Below are positions 1 through 15,000 of a stretch of 52,785 nucleotides of DNA, piece by piece. The DNA lies in NCBI RefSeq assembly GCF_018977255.1, contig NW_024705344.1, forward strand, positions 1 to 52,785, in the 5' to 3' direction. Position numbers and translations under genes: made by a program. This DNA is from Callorhinchus milii. Taxonomy: Eukaryota. Position 1 is the first letter of the stretch. Each line of letters starts with the position of its first letter. The notes beneath the pieces are model-generated. The model had not been told where the DNA came from and did no database searches. It saw only the letters and a program-made list of their open reading frames with translations.

Positions 1-3000
1 CGGTAGCGCCAAGTTCCTGATGTAAATGGGTGTCGCAAGCATAGTATGTAATGTGATCCGTAGAGTCAGGGAAAATGATGCCGGAACTGTTATTCGTTCG
101 ACTCACCTAGGGTAGTTCCGCGCGCCGCCCTCGGGGTACGGGTCTGCACCATTGGATAAAGGACGGTCTATAAGGTGAGCAGCGAAAGTAGTCCCTTGTA
201 GCGAGCTTGGTAGAGGTCTAAGTGCTTATCAGGATGAGTACAGCGAGACCCAACCTTACGGCTCAAGAAAGATGAAGGAATGCCTTAGGGATGCAACCGA
301 GCTGAACGGCCGCAGCCCTTAATCTACGATACTTTTTAGATGCACGCCACACATGGTCATAACGACCGGTTCAGATCAGTGTTATTTAGTGACGGACCCG
401 ATCGGTTTATCGAGTGGGGGTAAAGCACTGTGAACAGAATCTTGAATCAAGGTAGTTTAGGGATATGTACTGTGGAAAGTAAATCAGATACAATGCGAGG
501 TTCTTTATAGTCGAAGAAATAATCACTAGAAGAGTTTGTCACGTTTATACATACGTAGGGCTACCTTCTGGACTAGTTGAGGCTCAATCATCATACAATC
601 TGTGTCCCAACTATTGACTCTAATACTACCGCAATTCTGTATGTAACCCATAGCTAGAGAACACGACCCGGAACCTTTGGTGGTATCACGTGATAATCCC
701 TGAGTCCGCCGCATCCTAAAAATGCTCAGTGGTTCCGAGGTCCCCTTACAGTAGCTGATTATGGCCTCCTTCGTCTACATGTTATATCTTCCATTTGAGT
801 GGGTACCATTGATCACAAAACATGGAAGCCGAGCTCTGCCTGAGTAAGGTACTTGCATACGTGTCTTCTTGAATTAGAATACGCTCATTCGGACGGTGAT
901 TAAAGGTATGAGACCCCAACGCACCTAGACAGAGGATGTTGACAACCGTCTCATCTTGAAGCGGAGATTGTTTTACGTGGAGGCCCTCGCTCTCGGGTTT
1001 CCTGAGCAGGGTCTAATGACGGGCCTATCCATTCGTAGGATACTATGAGGAGAGGGTAGTCACGCATTCCTGTGTTCAGCCGTTCCGCGACGTTTTTCCA
1101 TCTGGATGGTCTCATCGTTGCAGTTCGCACCGCTACTCAGGGCCGGCGTCTCCCTCGGTGCTTAGGCCCGTCCCACACGAGCGCTACTAGATGTCTACTC
1201 GCTTAAACTGACGGATATTTACTATGCTATGGGGCCAACCGAACTTATATCGTGGCATGGGACGGACGCCGGGACAGCTTGTTCCAGATGGGAGCCCGTA
1301 TCAGACTCGTTGCGGTGTATCAGGGAGCGCTCATCGGTGCATGGTACACGGTACCGCATGAAACATACAATTGGTGTTAACTTACGTCGCAAGCGCGCGG
1401 CACGTCAGGCAGCTTGTTTAAGACACTGCTAGGCTAACAAGTAGCTAATAATATATTCATTGAACGATATGGATTACCCTAATACCGGCACAACGACATT
1501 TGGTAGTCCGGAAGAGGAACGTCAAGCTGGGGGGTTTCGACGCTTGACGTTGGGAAGTTCGCACCGTAGGGTAATGAGGCCCCCACTTTAAATCTACCAG
1601 GTGCCTCTAACGCGCTAACGGAAGCACATCCTCGGCACCGTATAAATAAGAAACCCTCTAGTTTGTACGCTTAACAGTCTGGGAAGAGCAAGGTTGTGGA
1701 AGCGAGATCAGCGATTCATAGCGTTAAATATCCGGTGGTTAGACGGATAATCACTAAGCCCTCCTCAACCTAGTTTCAGATGACTTGACGGTTGCGTGCC
1801 GCTAGTTTCAGGGTAATATACACTTTCGGTTAGGCTTTCAGCTGACACGACTTACATGTCTGAATGGTTTTAATCTCAAAGTGAGATGAAAGCTAACGTC
1901 GCTCGCGCAAGTATCGGAGTTAACTCGAGTCTGCGGAATCGAACAGTTAGGGAGGAATCTTGGCATACTGTTGGATGACTGAGGACAAAGAGTTATGCAG
2001 AAAGGGCAAAAATGAACATCACTTGGAGTGGAGGACAGCCATGGGTGTGACCTCCGGCCTCCAGCAAAACAATGGTCGTGCGTGCGGCTCGCGAATCCGA
2101 GATAAGACAGGAACTCCTAGCAGCGGATAGTGACGTCCACCCCACCCGTCTGTGAGTGCGCCAACACCTAGCGAGATGGGTTCGCGCATACGATACAGCT
2201 ACCGCACTCAATTCGCCGGGTATAATTTCCCAATCAACGCTGAACAAGGCTATACTGTTTTTCTGCAGGATCGTCTGCCCCATCGTGAATTCATTGAGTC
2301 ACAGCGAAGACCTAGTTGTTACTTTAACATTCAGCAATGGTCACTGAGGCGTGCGTTGTTTCCTTCCATACTCCTGTCCTGTTCACTTAAAGTGGGAGGT
2401 AAAAACAAACTGTTACATCCAGCATTACATGGTTAGCACAAAAGACCCTTATGTCTTCAGATTGCGGGCACGTGGACAACCGGAACGAGATTGAAATCTA
2501 TTCGCAAATCAGGAATCCGGAATTAGTACGTTTCCGAGTCTACGAGAAAAGCGCGAGTCTAAATGGTAAAGCCCGAGGTACCCATTGCGGGTGAGGACAG
2601 TCCAGGAAACATGCGGTCCGGGGTTCACCGTGTGATGTCGAGGATCGCGTGTGAACTGGCTAAACTTTTCTGTATGATTTCTCCTAGGTAGCCTTACGGG
2701 AGTCCGAACCGAGCATAGTACAGCACTTTAGAGAGGCGCTAAATTTCCGTACACCGTCTAATAACAGATCTTAGGCCGCTCCAGGTTCTAGATACCCTAA
2801 CTCTTGGTTGTCGTTCCAATAGCTGCCATCTCAGGCACACCAGTACACTGTCTGTCCGACGGGGCTGCTATTCCGCTGTAAGCGTAATTCGTGTGTTCCT
2901 TCACGTGTAAGCGCTTCTTGCCAAGCAGGCGACTGAAAGACTCACATTACTCGATGTGAGCCTTTGATAGTTTGGTAAGCGGTGCGTGTCAATCCTGCAG

Positions 3001-6000
3001 TTAACTGTACGGTCGTTCCCTCATCTGTGATAGGTATGGCTTGCGCCAAATGAAAGTCGACCATGCCCGAATCAAACCTGTGATCTCTACGAAAGACCTT
3101 CAATTTCCTTCAGTTAGTCTGTGATAAGTATCTATAGCTACTTAAAGTAATAGGGCCGAGTTCGCGAACTAACCAGGTCGCACGATCCAAAGGATCTTGG
3201 TTTGGATTTGCTAAGGATATAATGGATTGCGTCATATGTTGCCAGCCAGGTGATTCTAACCACCCTCATCACCAGATTCATTTCCCCTCGCTGACACCTC
3301 ACCGGGTACCACTCACCAAAGCCGACGCCGTCAAGTCATTGGTGCCTAACAGTCGGCGTCTCTACCGATGGCGGACGCTTAAAGGATAAGGATCTCCTTC
3401 ATGACAAGGAAATATTATGCCTGAGGGCGGGAAGGCTATAGCATGCTAAATTGTCAGGCGTTGGTTACTTCCCGCCAGGGCTTTCTGCACGGCATTAAGG
3501 TCGTGTCGTTGTGCTCTCACTATTGCCTCAGGTTATAAAGACCCGACCAGTACGTGGGCCAATGTACCTAACCGGAGGAACCATCAAAACCAACTAGGAT
3601 ATGCTGAATAAGTCTCATGCCGATGCAGACACGTCTTATTATCGGTGTACGGATTGGCAGACCTAGAGAGGGCATTCGCTGTCCGGGTACGATATGAAAT
3701 CAAAGTTAACTAGCATATGAGGGAATGTACGCTCGCATCGTAGTCGCGCCCTTCATTTGATTAAAGCTGGCTGGTATCAAACTACACTTGTTACTAGGAC
3801 GGTAGTGTTCGCTGAGTAACTGATGTCCTGGAATGCCCCTGAGAGATGGTTCGGATCTCGCGTAACCCCTCGTGCTGGTCGAAACCCCAGCTGATCTCCG
3901 GACGAATTAGAGGGGCTTAGCTGACGCATTGGAATGCTATCGCAACGCGTCTAAACCATATTGAGTTCTAATTAAGCACCGTACTGGAGTCCACCCTGTG
4001 TGATGCTTTCTAGGCAACGCTCAACATCCGACCCTAGCTGGAAATGCGTGATCAAGTACCGTTGGTTGTGCCGCTCTAGCTGGTATAAGTTCTAACAGAA
4101 GCGAATAATGAGCGCCTGCGGTAGGAATATCTCCAACGACTGCTTCCAGACACGCGTCTCGTGGGGCAATAATAAGGTGCGGTGGCAGGTGGTGAGTATC
4201 CATGCAGCCTGCGCATGTATTATGCAACTGTCAAGGGTTTTATTGTATCCGGCTATATTGTGGTTGAAAGTAGACTCCCTCTCACAGAAGGGGGTTGATG
4301 TGAACAGCAAGGTACCTCCCTCGTTCCCGTATCATAACGTGGTCTATGCAGCGGCGCTTAGTGGTCGAGGTCATCTAGGCAGCAAAAGCTAGCCAGGTGA
4401 AATGACATGGCGAAGGTTTACGTAGATCGCTTCACGTGAATCAGAACGGTTCGCGACACTACTTTTACTAATGCTACATGGTCCGGTAAAACCGTGATTA
4501 AAGCCGAGGTGGAGGGGCCAGACCCTCATCTGTAAGCTCGAACGGGTGAGCCCTAAGGATCGCACAGTTAAAGAGCTGGCAAATGTTCGGGGGAATCTTT
4601 TGATAAGGACAGATGTAGGGGACGGCCCTATTCGGCCGGTTCGTACAGGTTTTACATCTCTATAGTAGGCAAAAGTCCAGAGGGTCATATCGCTGAGTCC
4701 TAGCCACCGGCAGACCAGCTGCGCAACTGCGCCGACACGTGAGCAGTTGCGACAGCCCTCAACACAGACCCTTTCAATTTCTAATCTTATGTGTCCGCAG
4801 GTGCTCACCGTTATGAACAGGCGTGAAGCCTAGAGGCGAACCTGCCTCCACAATCTTCTTATGCGGAGGGCCTAGTCTAGGGAAACGTTAGTTTTTTGCA
4901 GACTTCTCGAGAAAAATAATAGATGAATACCGTCTATTGTCGTAAGCGAACCCGAAAATGGCTTATCTTGCAATGTATGTGCGCGGTTATCGTTGCGGAG
5001 CGATTTTCAGACAAATATACTCCTTCTGTTCGAGAATACCTTGCCTGTAATCATCCCACTCTTCCGCTAAGCGGATTTATCATTTAACCTAATAGCGTGC
5101 CCTCGTACGAGCCAACGTCACCGCTCCGGAATCTTAGTCGACGGTATATTTCTATCGTAATTTGTACTAAATCATACCTGATACAAGACATGACTAAAGA
5201 TTAGCCAGTTATTGTGCCATTTGTGTGATTTCCCCCCCCTTAATGTGTTGGTAGCGCATGTCCAGCGTGCATAGGAAAATCGCTTAGAACTTGGGGACAG
5301 GTAGATGTTGAAAAGACGATCTTTTAGAAGGTCTCCTATCCGACCTCGTGAAATTCTATGAAGAAATAAGCTAACCGGTCGTGTATACACAGCTCGGGCT
5401 GCCACGTTTGTGACCCCTGGTCTGAACGACGGATGCACGTGGGCTTCTGAGTGCGTTCGTTCTAACACGGGAGGGACTTTCCTCGCGCTCTTCCCAATTT
5501 AGCGTAAACCTCCAATATCGACCCTGACGGTGGACCTCTGAACCCGTAGCTCTTTACGGGCCTGCAGCGGATCCTATTCCCCCCGCGTAACCAGCCAGGC
5601 CCAACGTCTATCCGCGCACTTGGCCTATTATCGCGTCTCGTAGACGAATATCCAACTACTTCTAGTTTATGGGAAACTACTTGCGTGTGGCTTCCGAAAA
5701 GTAGTAGCGTCGGGGTATCCTCAGCTTGATCAGCTCGGCAAGACACACGTTGGACAAGCAAATAAAATTAGGAAGACCACATGAAGTACGAGTGCATACT
5801 ATTACTCCTATCTTTGAGCAAGGGAATCAAATGCCGGGCAATTTCCTTAACTGGCTAGGGGCGTGTTACCATGGCCACGGCGTACTCTTAGGGGAGTCCT
5901 CAATATGACGGCTATGCAGTTGTTCAACACCGAGGTGGGCAACTATTAATGACCGACTAGACCATCCCGATTTCCCTTCAGGCCTACAATCAGAAAGGTA

Positions 6001-9000
6001 AGGTTTGAACACTCACTCGAATAAGGGCGTACAGCGGAACATAATCGCAGCTAGTTATTACTCGCTTATACAACCCACATAGATTGCTGATTCCGTCTGA
6101 ATCAGTGTGTAGGTTAAAATGAAGGCCATAGAGATACCACAAGATACAGTGGTTGGAAACCTTCGCTGTAGAGTTGGTGAGGACAGATCTTGCTGAGTCT
6201 CCATTTTAGCAGGTTCCACGACTTTGAGAATAGACCAAACTACTAATAGTCTCTGCTGATGGCACTTAGATCTTAGATGAACCGGTCAGCAAAAGTCTGT
6301 TTTCGCCTAAGTGGCAGTGGCTGAAGGAATCTGGATATCCTAGATGAGAAAGTCCTCCAAAACACGAAACCTGTAGGGGCACGTGTCCCAAGGTCTTGAT
6401 ACAGAGACCAGCGACATCTTAAGCCGGCAGGGGGTAACGGCCGCCTCAAGTCTAATGAAGCTGTTAGATGAAGCAATAGTCCGCCCTACTGAACATATTA
6501 CAAGAGTTATTAACTCGAATCTACGGATCTGTTTTCCAGGGCCAGATCCTTATCACTAGCTGAATGTCTCACCCCTCCTCCTCAGTGGAGTATAGATATG
6601 GCACAGAGGGTCGATGTGGTGCGGCCCCCTAGCCAATACTTTTCAGAGTCGCGGGGCTCAAAAGATATCAAAAATTGGTCTTGAACAAAGAATGGTTACC
6701 AATGATAGGCATCTGAAAGTTAGCCAGATCCTTAATCTTGCTATTGTGGTATATCTGACCTAAGTCATACTCAGCCCCTTTTATCAAATTCTGCCAGGCT
6801 CAATGAATGTCTAACACCGGCGTACATCACAGAAACCTCCTCTCAGCACCGATGCGGTTATAACCAGGGTGCGCCGACATTCTTAGTGCGCACAAACTCG
6901 GGGCCAAAGCAGTTTAGACCTCTGCCATGATGTAGTAATATAGCCCCGCATGAAAGATTAACAGTTAACAACCGTGGGGATCCAGTATAACCCAGAATGC
7001 GAAAATAATGCGTAAGCAGCAAATTTTCACTGTCTAGTTGCATTGCATCGCTACAGCGGGGTCTCATGCATTCATCTACTATAGCGATAGAATGCGTGTG
7101 CACATCCACCGGAAAAGGGTTGGAGAAATATTAACACCTAGTATGCAGACCGAGTGTGTCTGTTCGATTGCCTCACCCAAGGGGTACTAGTCGAAGGTAG
7201 TTGGTGCAGTCTCGCCAACGAAGAGTTAGATTAAGAGCTTTCTCGGACTAGGAATGATCAATCCCCACAGTTCCAAAGTAGGTTAACAATCGGACCCCTT
7301 AAATGGCACATTTTACATTGGAAAGAAAGGCGAAGGGCAACGGTGAGAACCGACTGAGCAATTACGCGCGGTCTGTACTATACGTGCGCCAGCCCAGCTT
7401 GATTTGTATGTTTGAAAAGCCTGCTTTCCGGTTAATAGATAGCGCGAGGATTGTCCTGTTGCAACCTTTTAGGCTTGGCGTTCTTGAAAGGGAATACTAA
7501 CGATTTGTTGCACCACAAAAACAGTATTGCGGGCGATTACATTTGTTTAGGGAGCCTGTCGATTCGACCAACACCCGCCACAAACCACTAACCGTCGAGC
7601 AGATTCTGAAATTTTCAAATGCTCAGCAGAGCTCAGACGATACGCCAATCGAATACGCTGGCAGCCTAGGAGTACGGTTCTACTACTACCTTAACGTCAT
7701 ACAATATTTAGTTGGGGCAGAGGCCCAAATCACTCACGCTCAAGTAAGTCTCGGTCAAATCCGCGGTGTCGACAACTCATGCTGTAGCCTCGCGGATTCA
7801 TCTCAAATGTCGTCCTTGGTGATATGTGATCCCACGGTTTTTGGGGGACTCGCGTGGTGCTCTTCGGGTGCTGGCCTTTGTTTCCCACCTCCGACGAACT
7901 TCAGTGTTCCGTCACTGCTGAACGTGCAAATAACCTACCGTGTTTGCGTCCCTCAAATATATCGACCGGTTCGTATTGTTGTTATCTACCACTTTTTGTA
8001 TACATACAACGAAGAAGACATGATGCAAGGCAAGCATACAATCCGATCAGATATATCTTGAGGTCCTTAGGTTATGGCTCCCCAACGAGCACAGTGTGCT
8101 CGTCGTCCGATCGAAACCTTTAATCCGATTTCGAGTTCTGAATGATACGCGAGCGACAGGTAAGACGTAGCTGGGAGTCGATACTTCCCGGATCACTTAT
8201 TGGTCCGTGCAAAGCTTCTGTATCGCTTTATTTAAGCATTGCTTATTAGCCGCCACCGTCTAAACGAGCACAATAAACCTTTGCCTCCCTTGTTCTAATT
8301 AAACCGATCGCCCGGTCAAGACTGGGAATTTATACTGTGACTGTTCAGCTACACCCAAGATTGAGCAGCTAGTCCCGCCAATGTCATCAATATTATTATC
8401 TTCAACCAACATCACCATTCCTGATAAATAGCGGGCGCCTAAGGCATTCCAGTACAACGGCGATGAGGCAAGCCTACGGAAAGCGTGTCTGCCTTGTGTC
8501 CGGCCGACCTGAGAGTTCAACCACAGCACAATCTGCAGGCTGGTCCGTGGAAAGGATTACTGTGATGGCGAGCCGAGAGTTAGATGATTGACCTAGTCAT
8601 CCCTATAGGTCAAGGTATATGCGGACATGGGTTTAATCTCCCTTCCCTGAACTGAGTACTATTGATATTGATTTGTCTCAGGAATCATTCTAGTACTAAG
8701 CCTTAAACCATTGATTAGAGGCACGAAGGCCCGAGAAGGCGATAAATCAATTAATTTTTCAGGAACAATCGTCGACAAACTCGAGGCACCGGGGCATTCT
8801 ATCCTTGTTAGAGGGGATGTCGGTTCGGTGGGACGCTGAATCTTGGGACTATCCGCGTAACGGAAAATTATCCCGTCCCAAAGTAGTCGATAATTCGGTG
8901 GATATGAACGGAGATCTATAACGGAACTCGGTATGGTCCAACGTACGGTAGGGATGAGAGAGAGACGGATATGCCACGCGAACAGGGAATGTTGCCCTAG

Positions 9001-12000
9001 CTTTAATTCACCATTGTCTAGATTTTATCGAGTAGTGTGTCACCCCAATACAGAATTTAGATCGTCGTCAGAAGACGGGCGGCGACGGTAGTTTGAAGGG
9101 AATGAGGAAATTGACGGCTTTATGGCCAAATGAGAATCTCCCAGTTCGACTTCCTTAACACTCTCAGGAAACCGCCGTTCTACAGCTAGCACTCAGACCA
9201 ACATACCAGTAGTTATGTATCCCCTGTGAGAATATAATACTCACAACAGTTTGATACTAACCCGTGATGGTTGAGGGTTTAGACCCTATCTAGACGCATG
9301 TGGGTCTCTAGGTGGGATGAAGCAAGCTAACAACAACTAGTCGTAGTCGGATAAACTGCCCCTGCCCCGAAGGAGTCCCTGTGTCAAGGCCTTCAAAATA
9401 ACAGTTGAATATGATTTCATCTGTTATTGGCTGTCCAGCACTGAGTATTGATCCGACGGTAATCAGTCTGAGTACAGGGTACAGATATTAATGGATGAGT
9501 CTCCATACTCTAGGGAGGAGCGAAGTATCCGTATAGTCAATATTTAACCCTATTTCTTACCTATATGACTGCTTAGAGAGCATGCCGTATGAACGCAGCT
9601 TAGAACAACCTTGTCGAACTCTAGGGTAAAGTGCGCATTGTAGTTACTCGGCCGAAAGACGTTGCTCTGGTGGTCTATATGAGAAAATAACAGGCGTTGT
9701 TGGACAGCTGCTCTTTCCTTTGTTAGGTACTGCACCACGATATAACAGAGGTGGAAGAGAGTCCCTCACTGAGTTATGCACTCTCCAAATGGAATTCCAT
9801 GAGGCAGGGTCCCGCCCCGCACGACCGGTTTTTTGGGGACAGCTAGTGCAAGCACACCTGAAATTCTAATTGTTTGAACTTCACGGCTTGGCCGAAGTCT
9901 GCCGTGTTAAGAAACTGCCCTGCATCAGGTTGAAGATAGGCACTCCGAACCACGACTCTTTTGGGATCCGCGCGCACTCGTAATTTCCCAGGTTTTCCCC
10001 CCACCTGTGCCTCCCGTCGTTGATAATTTCTAGAACACCTAACGTGGGACAACGTAACATCTGCAGGGAGGTCGGCGCCATTGTGGGCAGTGGACGTAGT
10101 TTCGCGGGCGAACAGAATGAATGACAGTTGAGGCCAGCCTCAAAAGGACGTTTGAGTGAGATGTTTCGACGGGACAGGTGGTAGGGACCTGACTATGAAC
10201 CTTATGTTCGGCAACTTTCTGACCTGATCTACAATTAGCAAGCTGGTTGGCGTAAACTCGACACCCTAACAAACACTGTGGTTCAGCCTTAACTATTTGG
10301 GCATGCCCCACGCGACGTGCACTTTACAAACGAATACGTATACGAGACGGTATCCGGGAGCAAGCTCTAACGGGGAAATAGGAGCCTGATAACGCCCAGG
10401 GACTCTTTATCCAGCATCCGCGAACCGATGTGTTCCTTGAACCGTCTCATGGCCGTATACAATCATACTACTAGTCCTTATGGACCGTACGGTTGGTATT
10501 GTTCCTAAGGGCCCGCGGCGTGGACAGTCCTATATCTTCCAACGAGATTAAAGCTGTGGGAAATTTATATGTGCAGATTCACTGTTTCGCGTAGTTCAGG
10601 GGACAATTGCAAAACCAATCCTAGCACAGATAACCCTCGCTTGCTGAAGCCTCCGCCTATTCTACAGGTTGGTCTTGTCAACGCCTCCGACTGGTTTGAC
10701 GACATTGGCAAAACGAACCTAAGTCACTCGGCTCAAGAGTTTCTACGCTGATCCGTTGCTATTAATAAATAGAAGGATTGATCTGCCTTACCTTCTTTGA
10801 ATTGCGGTCTGTCTTGAGCCCTGGGGGGTTATAAGTGTACCGAGTGACCGAGGGAGTAAAAGGAACGATAATAGCTATGCGCGTGTGCCCCGCCCAAAGA
10901 ACCATCGTGTACCTTCAGTGGCTACAAGGGATTACACTTCAAATGACGCATTAGTCTGACCCTACACTCGAGCCATAGAACGGGAAGGCCCTTTGCACCA
11001 TACAACCTCTGTGCACTGCGCTCACTGCTGCGCGAGTGGTCCTGTCACGAGCCCGGGCTTACCATACCTGACCCGCTCCAGACGTGGTGATGAGCCGTCT
11101 ATTAGTCACGGCGACGTTCCGGAGCGTGATCTGGAGGTGCCGAGGCCCGTGCAACTCGATGAACTCTATGTTTGACTGTACGTTAAAATCATATGCTCCT
11201 CAGTTCCCTTGATCCCTCAGATCAACTAGTAGAGCGTCCTGAAGGGTTTAATCTAATCCCCCAATTCACACTAAGAAAATAAATATCCATCCAGAGTACC
11301 CACAGACCTGGTTAATAAGCGTAGTAACGTGCCATGAGCCACATGCATCGGAGCGGTCTCGACAAAGGTGAAATGCTAGGGGGATTGAGGCTGCCTGTTT
11401 TGCATACAGTCTAATTTAGAGACAGACGTGTCCTTCTTTTAACGGGTCGCCGGATATTAAGAAGGCCCCACCTTTGCACGTCGCGTCGACACAGGAAGTC
11501 AGGCATACCTTATCGATCGGGTAGAATGAGGAGAAGTTGGCCCCGACGCTTATGGCAGCGACTGGGTTGGTGGTAACTGGAATTACAGATTTCATCTGGG
11601 TTCTATTTCGAAGCCCAGGCAACCCATTGTGTAAACAGGCCGCTAACTCGAATTCGATATAAGTGTTCTCCTACATAGAACTCCGCTCTATTATGCGACC
11701 TATGTATTCCCGTGCCCTATTACAGTAGCAGGTGGGTGAGTAGGTTTACCGGATTTCGCGTAGTACTTTTGCTGAACAAGATGGACGCGTTCATATTGTA
11801 GAAAGGCGAGCATTTCTGCGTAAGGGCAAGCCAGCTTTAGGAATATAGCGGAGCTCTCCCTTCCGGACGGCACAGACCTTTGAATGAAGTATGTAGTGTA
11901 TTACTATCCTCAACACTACCTAGGCAGTAACCATTCGTAACATTATACGTGGATAATTGACTGAGCTCTTTTACCTGCCTGGTTGGGCATCCCCACCGTC

Positions 12001-15000
12001 TCTGGTGGGTAGATCTATCGCAGAGCGAATGTTAGGCAACCCGGTGGACCCTCCGCGATCTGGGCGCGATCCTTACACGGTATCACATTGAAACTGCGAT
12101 TTCTAATATAAAATTCAGAGCACTCGGATGAGCGAAATTCTAGATACGTTACCAAGAGTAGAAAGCGTCCTTGGGTACGTAGAACGACAGAATTTTTAAA
12201 TTATGCACATGAGTTAATTATCACTGTTACGAGTGTAGAAGCGCACTGCGGGGGGTACTATCCCCCACCCGTTGCTGTCGCGATACGTTGTACGCAATCG
12301 ACGGCCATTCTGGGATGACGGATACGCACCAGAGAAACTGTGATGTCCTCGGCGGTTTGGTGATTGAAACAGACGTACGACTGGTACTCATAGACTCCCA
12401 TGACAAGCCAGCTAGACCCAGAGGAGATGCTTACTTCGTGTCACATTGATAAAGCAACAAGGACGTATGGCATCGAACGATGAAGATTACCAGTCGATCG
12501 GTATTATATAACACCACAAGTGCGTTAGAGGGGACGAGCGGCCTCTCACGTGAACATAATTAACCTACTCTTCGTGCGCGATGATTTGCGCGGGGGGAAT
12601 GTTGTATGCCAAAGACGTGGTCATTATTAACGCGTCCATAGGGCGCAGTCGTTTATGAAGCTTTCGGAATTGTTCAGACTTTGTCCTACAATTAGATCTC
12701 CTATAATAGTCACGATGTGTATTGATGCCGGGCAGCCTAATCGTGCCTTGAAGACGACATGCTTACTTAATCGACCTCGGGGAGAAAGCGTATTGCGAAT
12801 CGATCCGAGATACCCCGCGGCAACACGGTGGTCTCAGGGAGGAAAAAAGGGATAGGGGACGTGAGCCCTCCAGCTAGATCCGGTTGACGGACTCTAAAGG
12901 CGCTCCAGCTCATAGCCGACCTTCCGGGGCTCCATATTCGTGATGTGGCTTTCGTTATGTTGCTCGTACCGATCTGACTCTCACCATACGGACCTCAGTT
13001 CAGTGGTATGTTGAATAAAAGCAATGGTATGAAATAGTAGACCTAACCCGCAGTCGTAAAGGAACAACGCTCTGGCCACAGTTAGGCCCGATTTGGTGTC
13101 GCTTTCAATACGTGCGCTAAAAGATCTGTTCGAACGTTGGCAGGGTTCGTTACACAAGGTATAGTCATACACTGGCACGATGCTAATTTCAGACAGGCCC
13201 CGATAAAATGGGCAGCTCCATAATAAGTCTGATGGGCCTTATGGTTAGTTCAGGTACTCCACCTCGCCGGTAAGACAGTAGGCTTGTCTCATGACTAACT
13301 CCGTGGCTTCTCGGATAACCCAGAACCATTACCTTATGGAAGCAACAGTGAGATCGGTGAACATTGCGATGCCATTTTAACGGGAAGCTTCCACTTATGT
13401 TGGCCGGATCTAATAGCGCAATGGCACCGGTACTATCGGCTTGATTGGTCATACTTTAGTACGGTTGCGCGAAGTAGGCGACAACGTTATGCGTCTTCAT
13501 CCACGTCCAGTCGAGACCTCATATTTGGACTGACGTTTTCGCGCGTCGTTAATGTCGAAAACCGTAGTCCTACTGACGTACCTGCATCGTTCCAAACGTT
13601 ACAACACTAACCTAATATATGATAGTAACCTTATGCGCAGTGTGCGCCGTCCCTCACGAAGACAGCTATGACTAAATGAATAACTCTGGCCTGGGCACCC
13701 TGACCGGATTAATGCTTTGGTCCTTGGTCCGACCACTGAAGAGCTCTGCGCGTTGAGTCAATTAACGGTGCAAGGTCGAGTGAAAATGTTCCAGTTTTCG
13801 CTAAGTGACTCGTTGGGAATAGTTTAGCCCCCCGAGCACCATCACATATAGTTCCATCCGATAGCAGATGGAACAAGTCACGAAAGCTTGGGATGTACGG
13901 GGGATGAGCTTAATTGTCGTCGTCCGGAAAATCCATAGAAGAATTAGGAAACTTGTGTTGCGAGACAGGCATCGCCCGGCGACTAGGTCTCCCTACGCGC
14001 AGATGAACTGTTAGTATGCCATTCTTGTCTGTCTTCAAAATCGGTGGATACGGACACCAACATCCCTGACGGTACTCAACGTGGGAGAGCGGCTATGTCT
14101 CCGATAGCTCTGTGGTTCCTACCAGTCCCAGCATGCCCCCATTCATCCTTCGCCAGTGGAGTAGCTACCACAATCAATAGGGCTGCATGACAAGCATCTA
14201 ACCCTAGGTATTCCACTGTTAGCAGCGCCAGCATTTAAAGCGGAAGTGAGATGAGTACATGAATCCTGAAAACAAACACGGTCTACAGGCCACCCAGCTC
14301 GATCGCTCCGTTGCTCTGACACTTGATGTTATGTAGACGTTGCTAATCTTACAATTCGTTATCACAGTAGGGAGTTCGTAAATGATAGGGCGTACCTTAT
14401 AATCGGTTGCTATGAGGATACTCTATCCATGAGTTGGCGAAAATACAAATGTACTCTTAAGTTCTATGGGGTACCGGGTGGCCTATCCTTCATATCCTAC
14501 TACAGGTATGTCACCTACGTGATCGTCCCAGTACTCCTTGACGACTTATGATATGAGAGCACCGGTAGAAGGGGGGACGATCGGAAAGACGAACCCTAAC
14601 CACAATTTTTATCACAAGCCCCTAGGGAGTATATCAGGTTAGTCAGGTGCAGATAGACTGACAAGGAACCAGGACTTACTTCATTTACAATGTGCTGAAC
14701 CATGGACACTTGCGCCAGCCTCGTGGACCGACCCCTTAATTGAACTTATGACAACGTGTTTTTCCGCAGATAGGGACCAGTGTAGAATTTTCGTGTCGGC
14801 GGCTCTTAGATCCTCGGTCGAACACCGCCGGAAAAACAGAGACATCGGGGGCGTTATCAACAACGATCACTCGGCCTCACATCTTTCTCCAGCTTGAAAG
14901 AGAGTTAAAGTAAGAGCTACCCGGTCGTATACGGAGAACTACTACTCTTCAACGCGACTACGCTCTCTATTCCAACCGAACGCCTCTTTTAAGAGGTTCC

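Noticed and set aside
7543..8061. 172-aa ORF (and other ORFs in 1-22735, e.g. 4389-4808, 21951-22394)
   Set aside because: No recognisable motifs; several use non-ATG starts; lengths are compatible with chance in random-like DNA.
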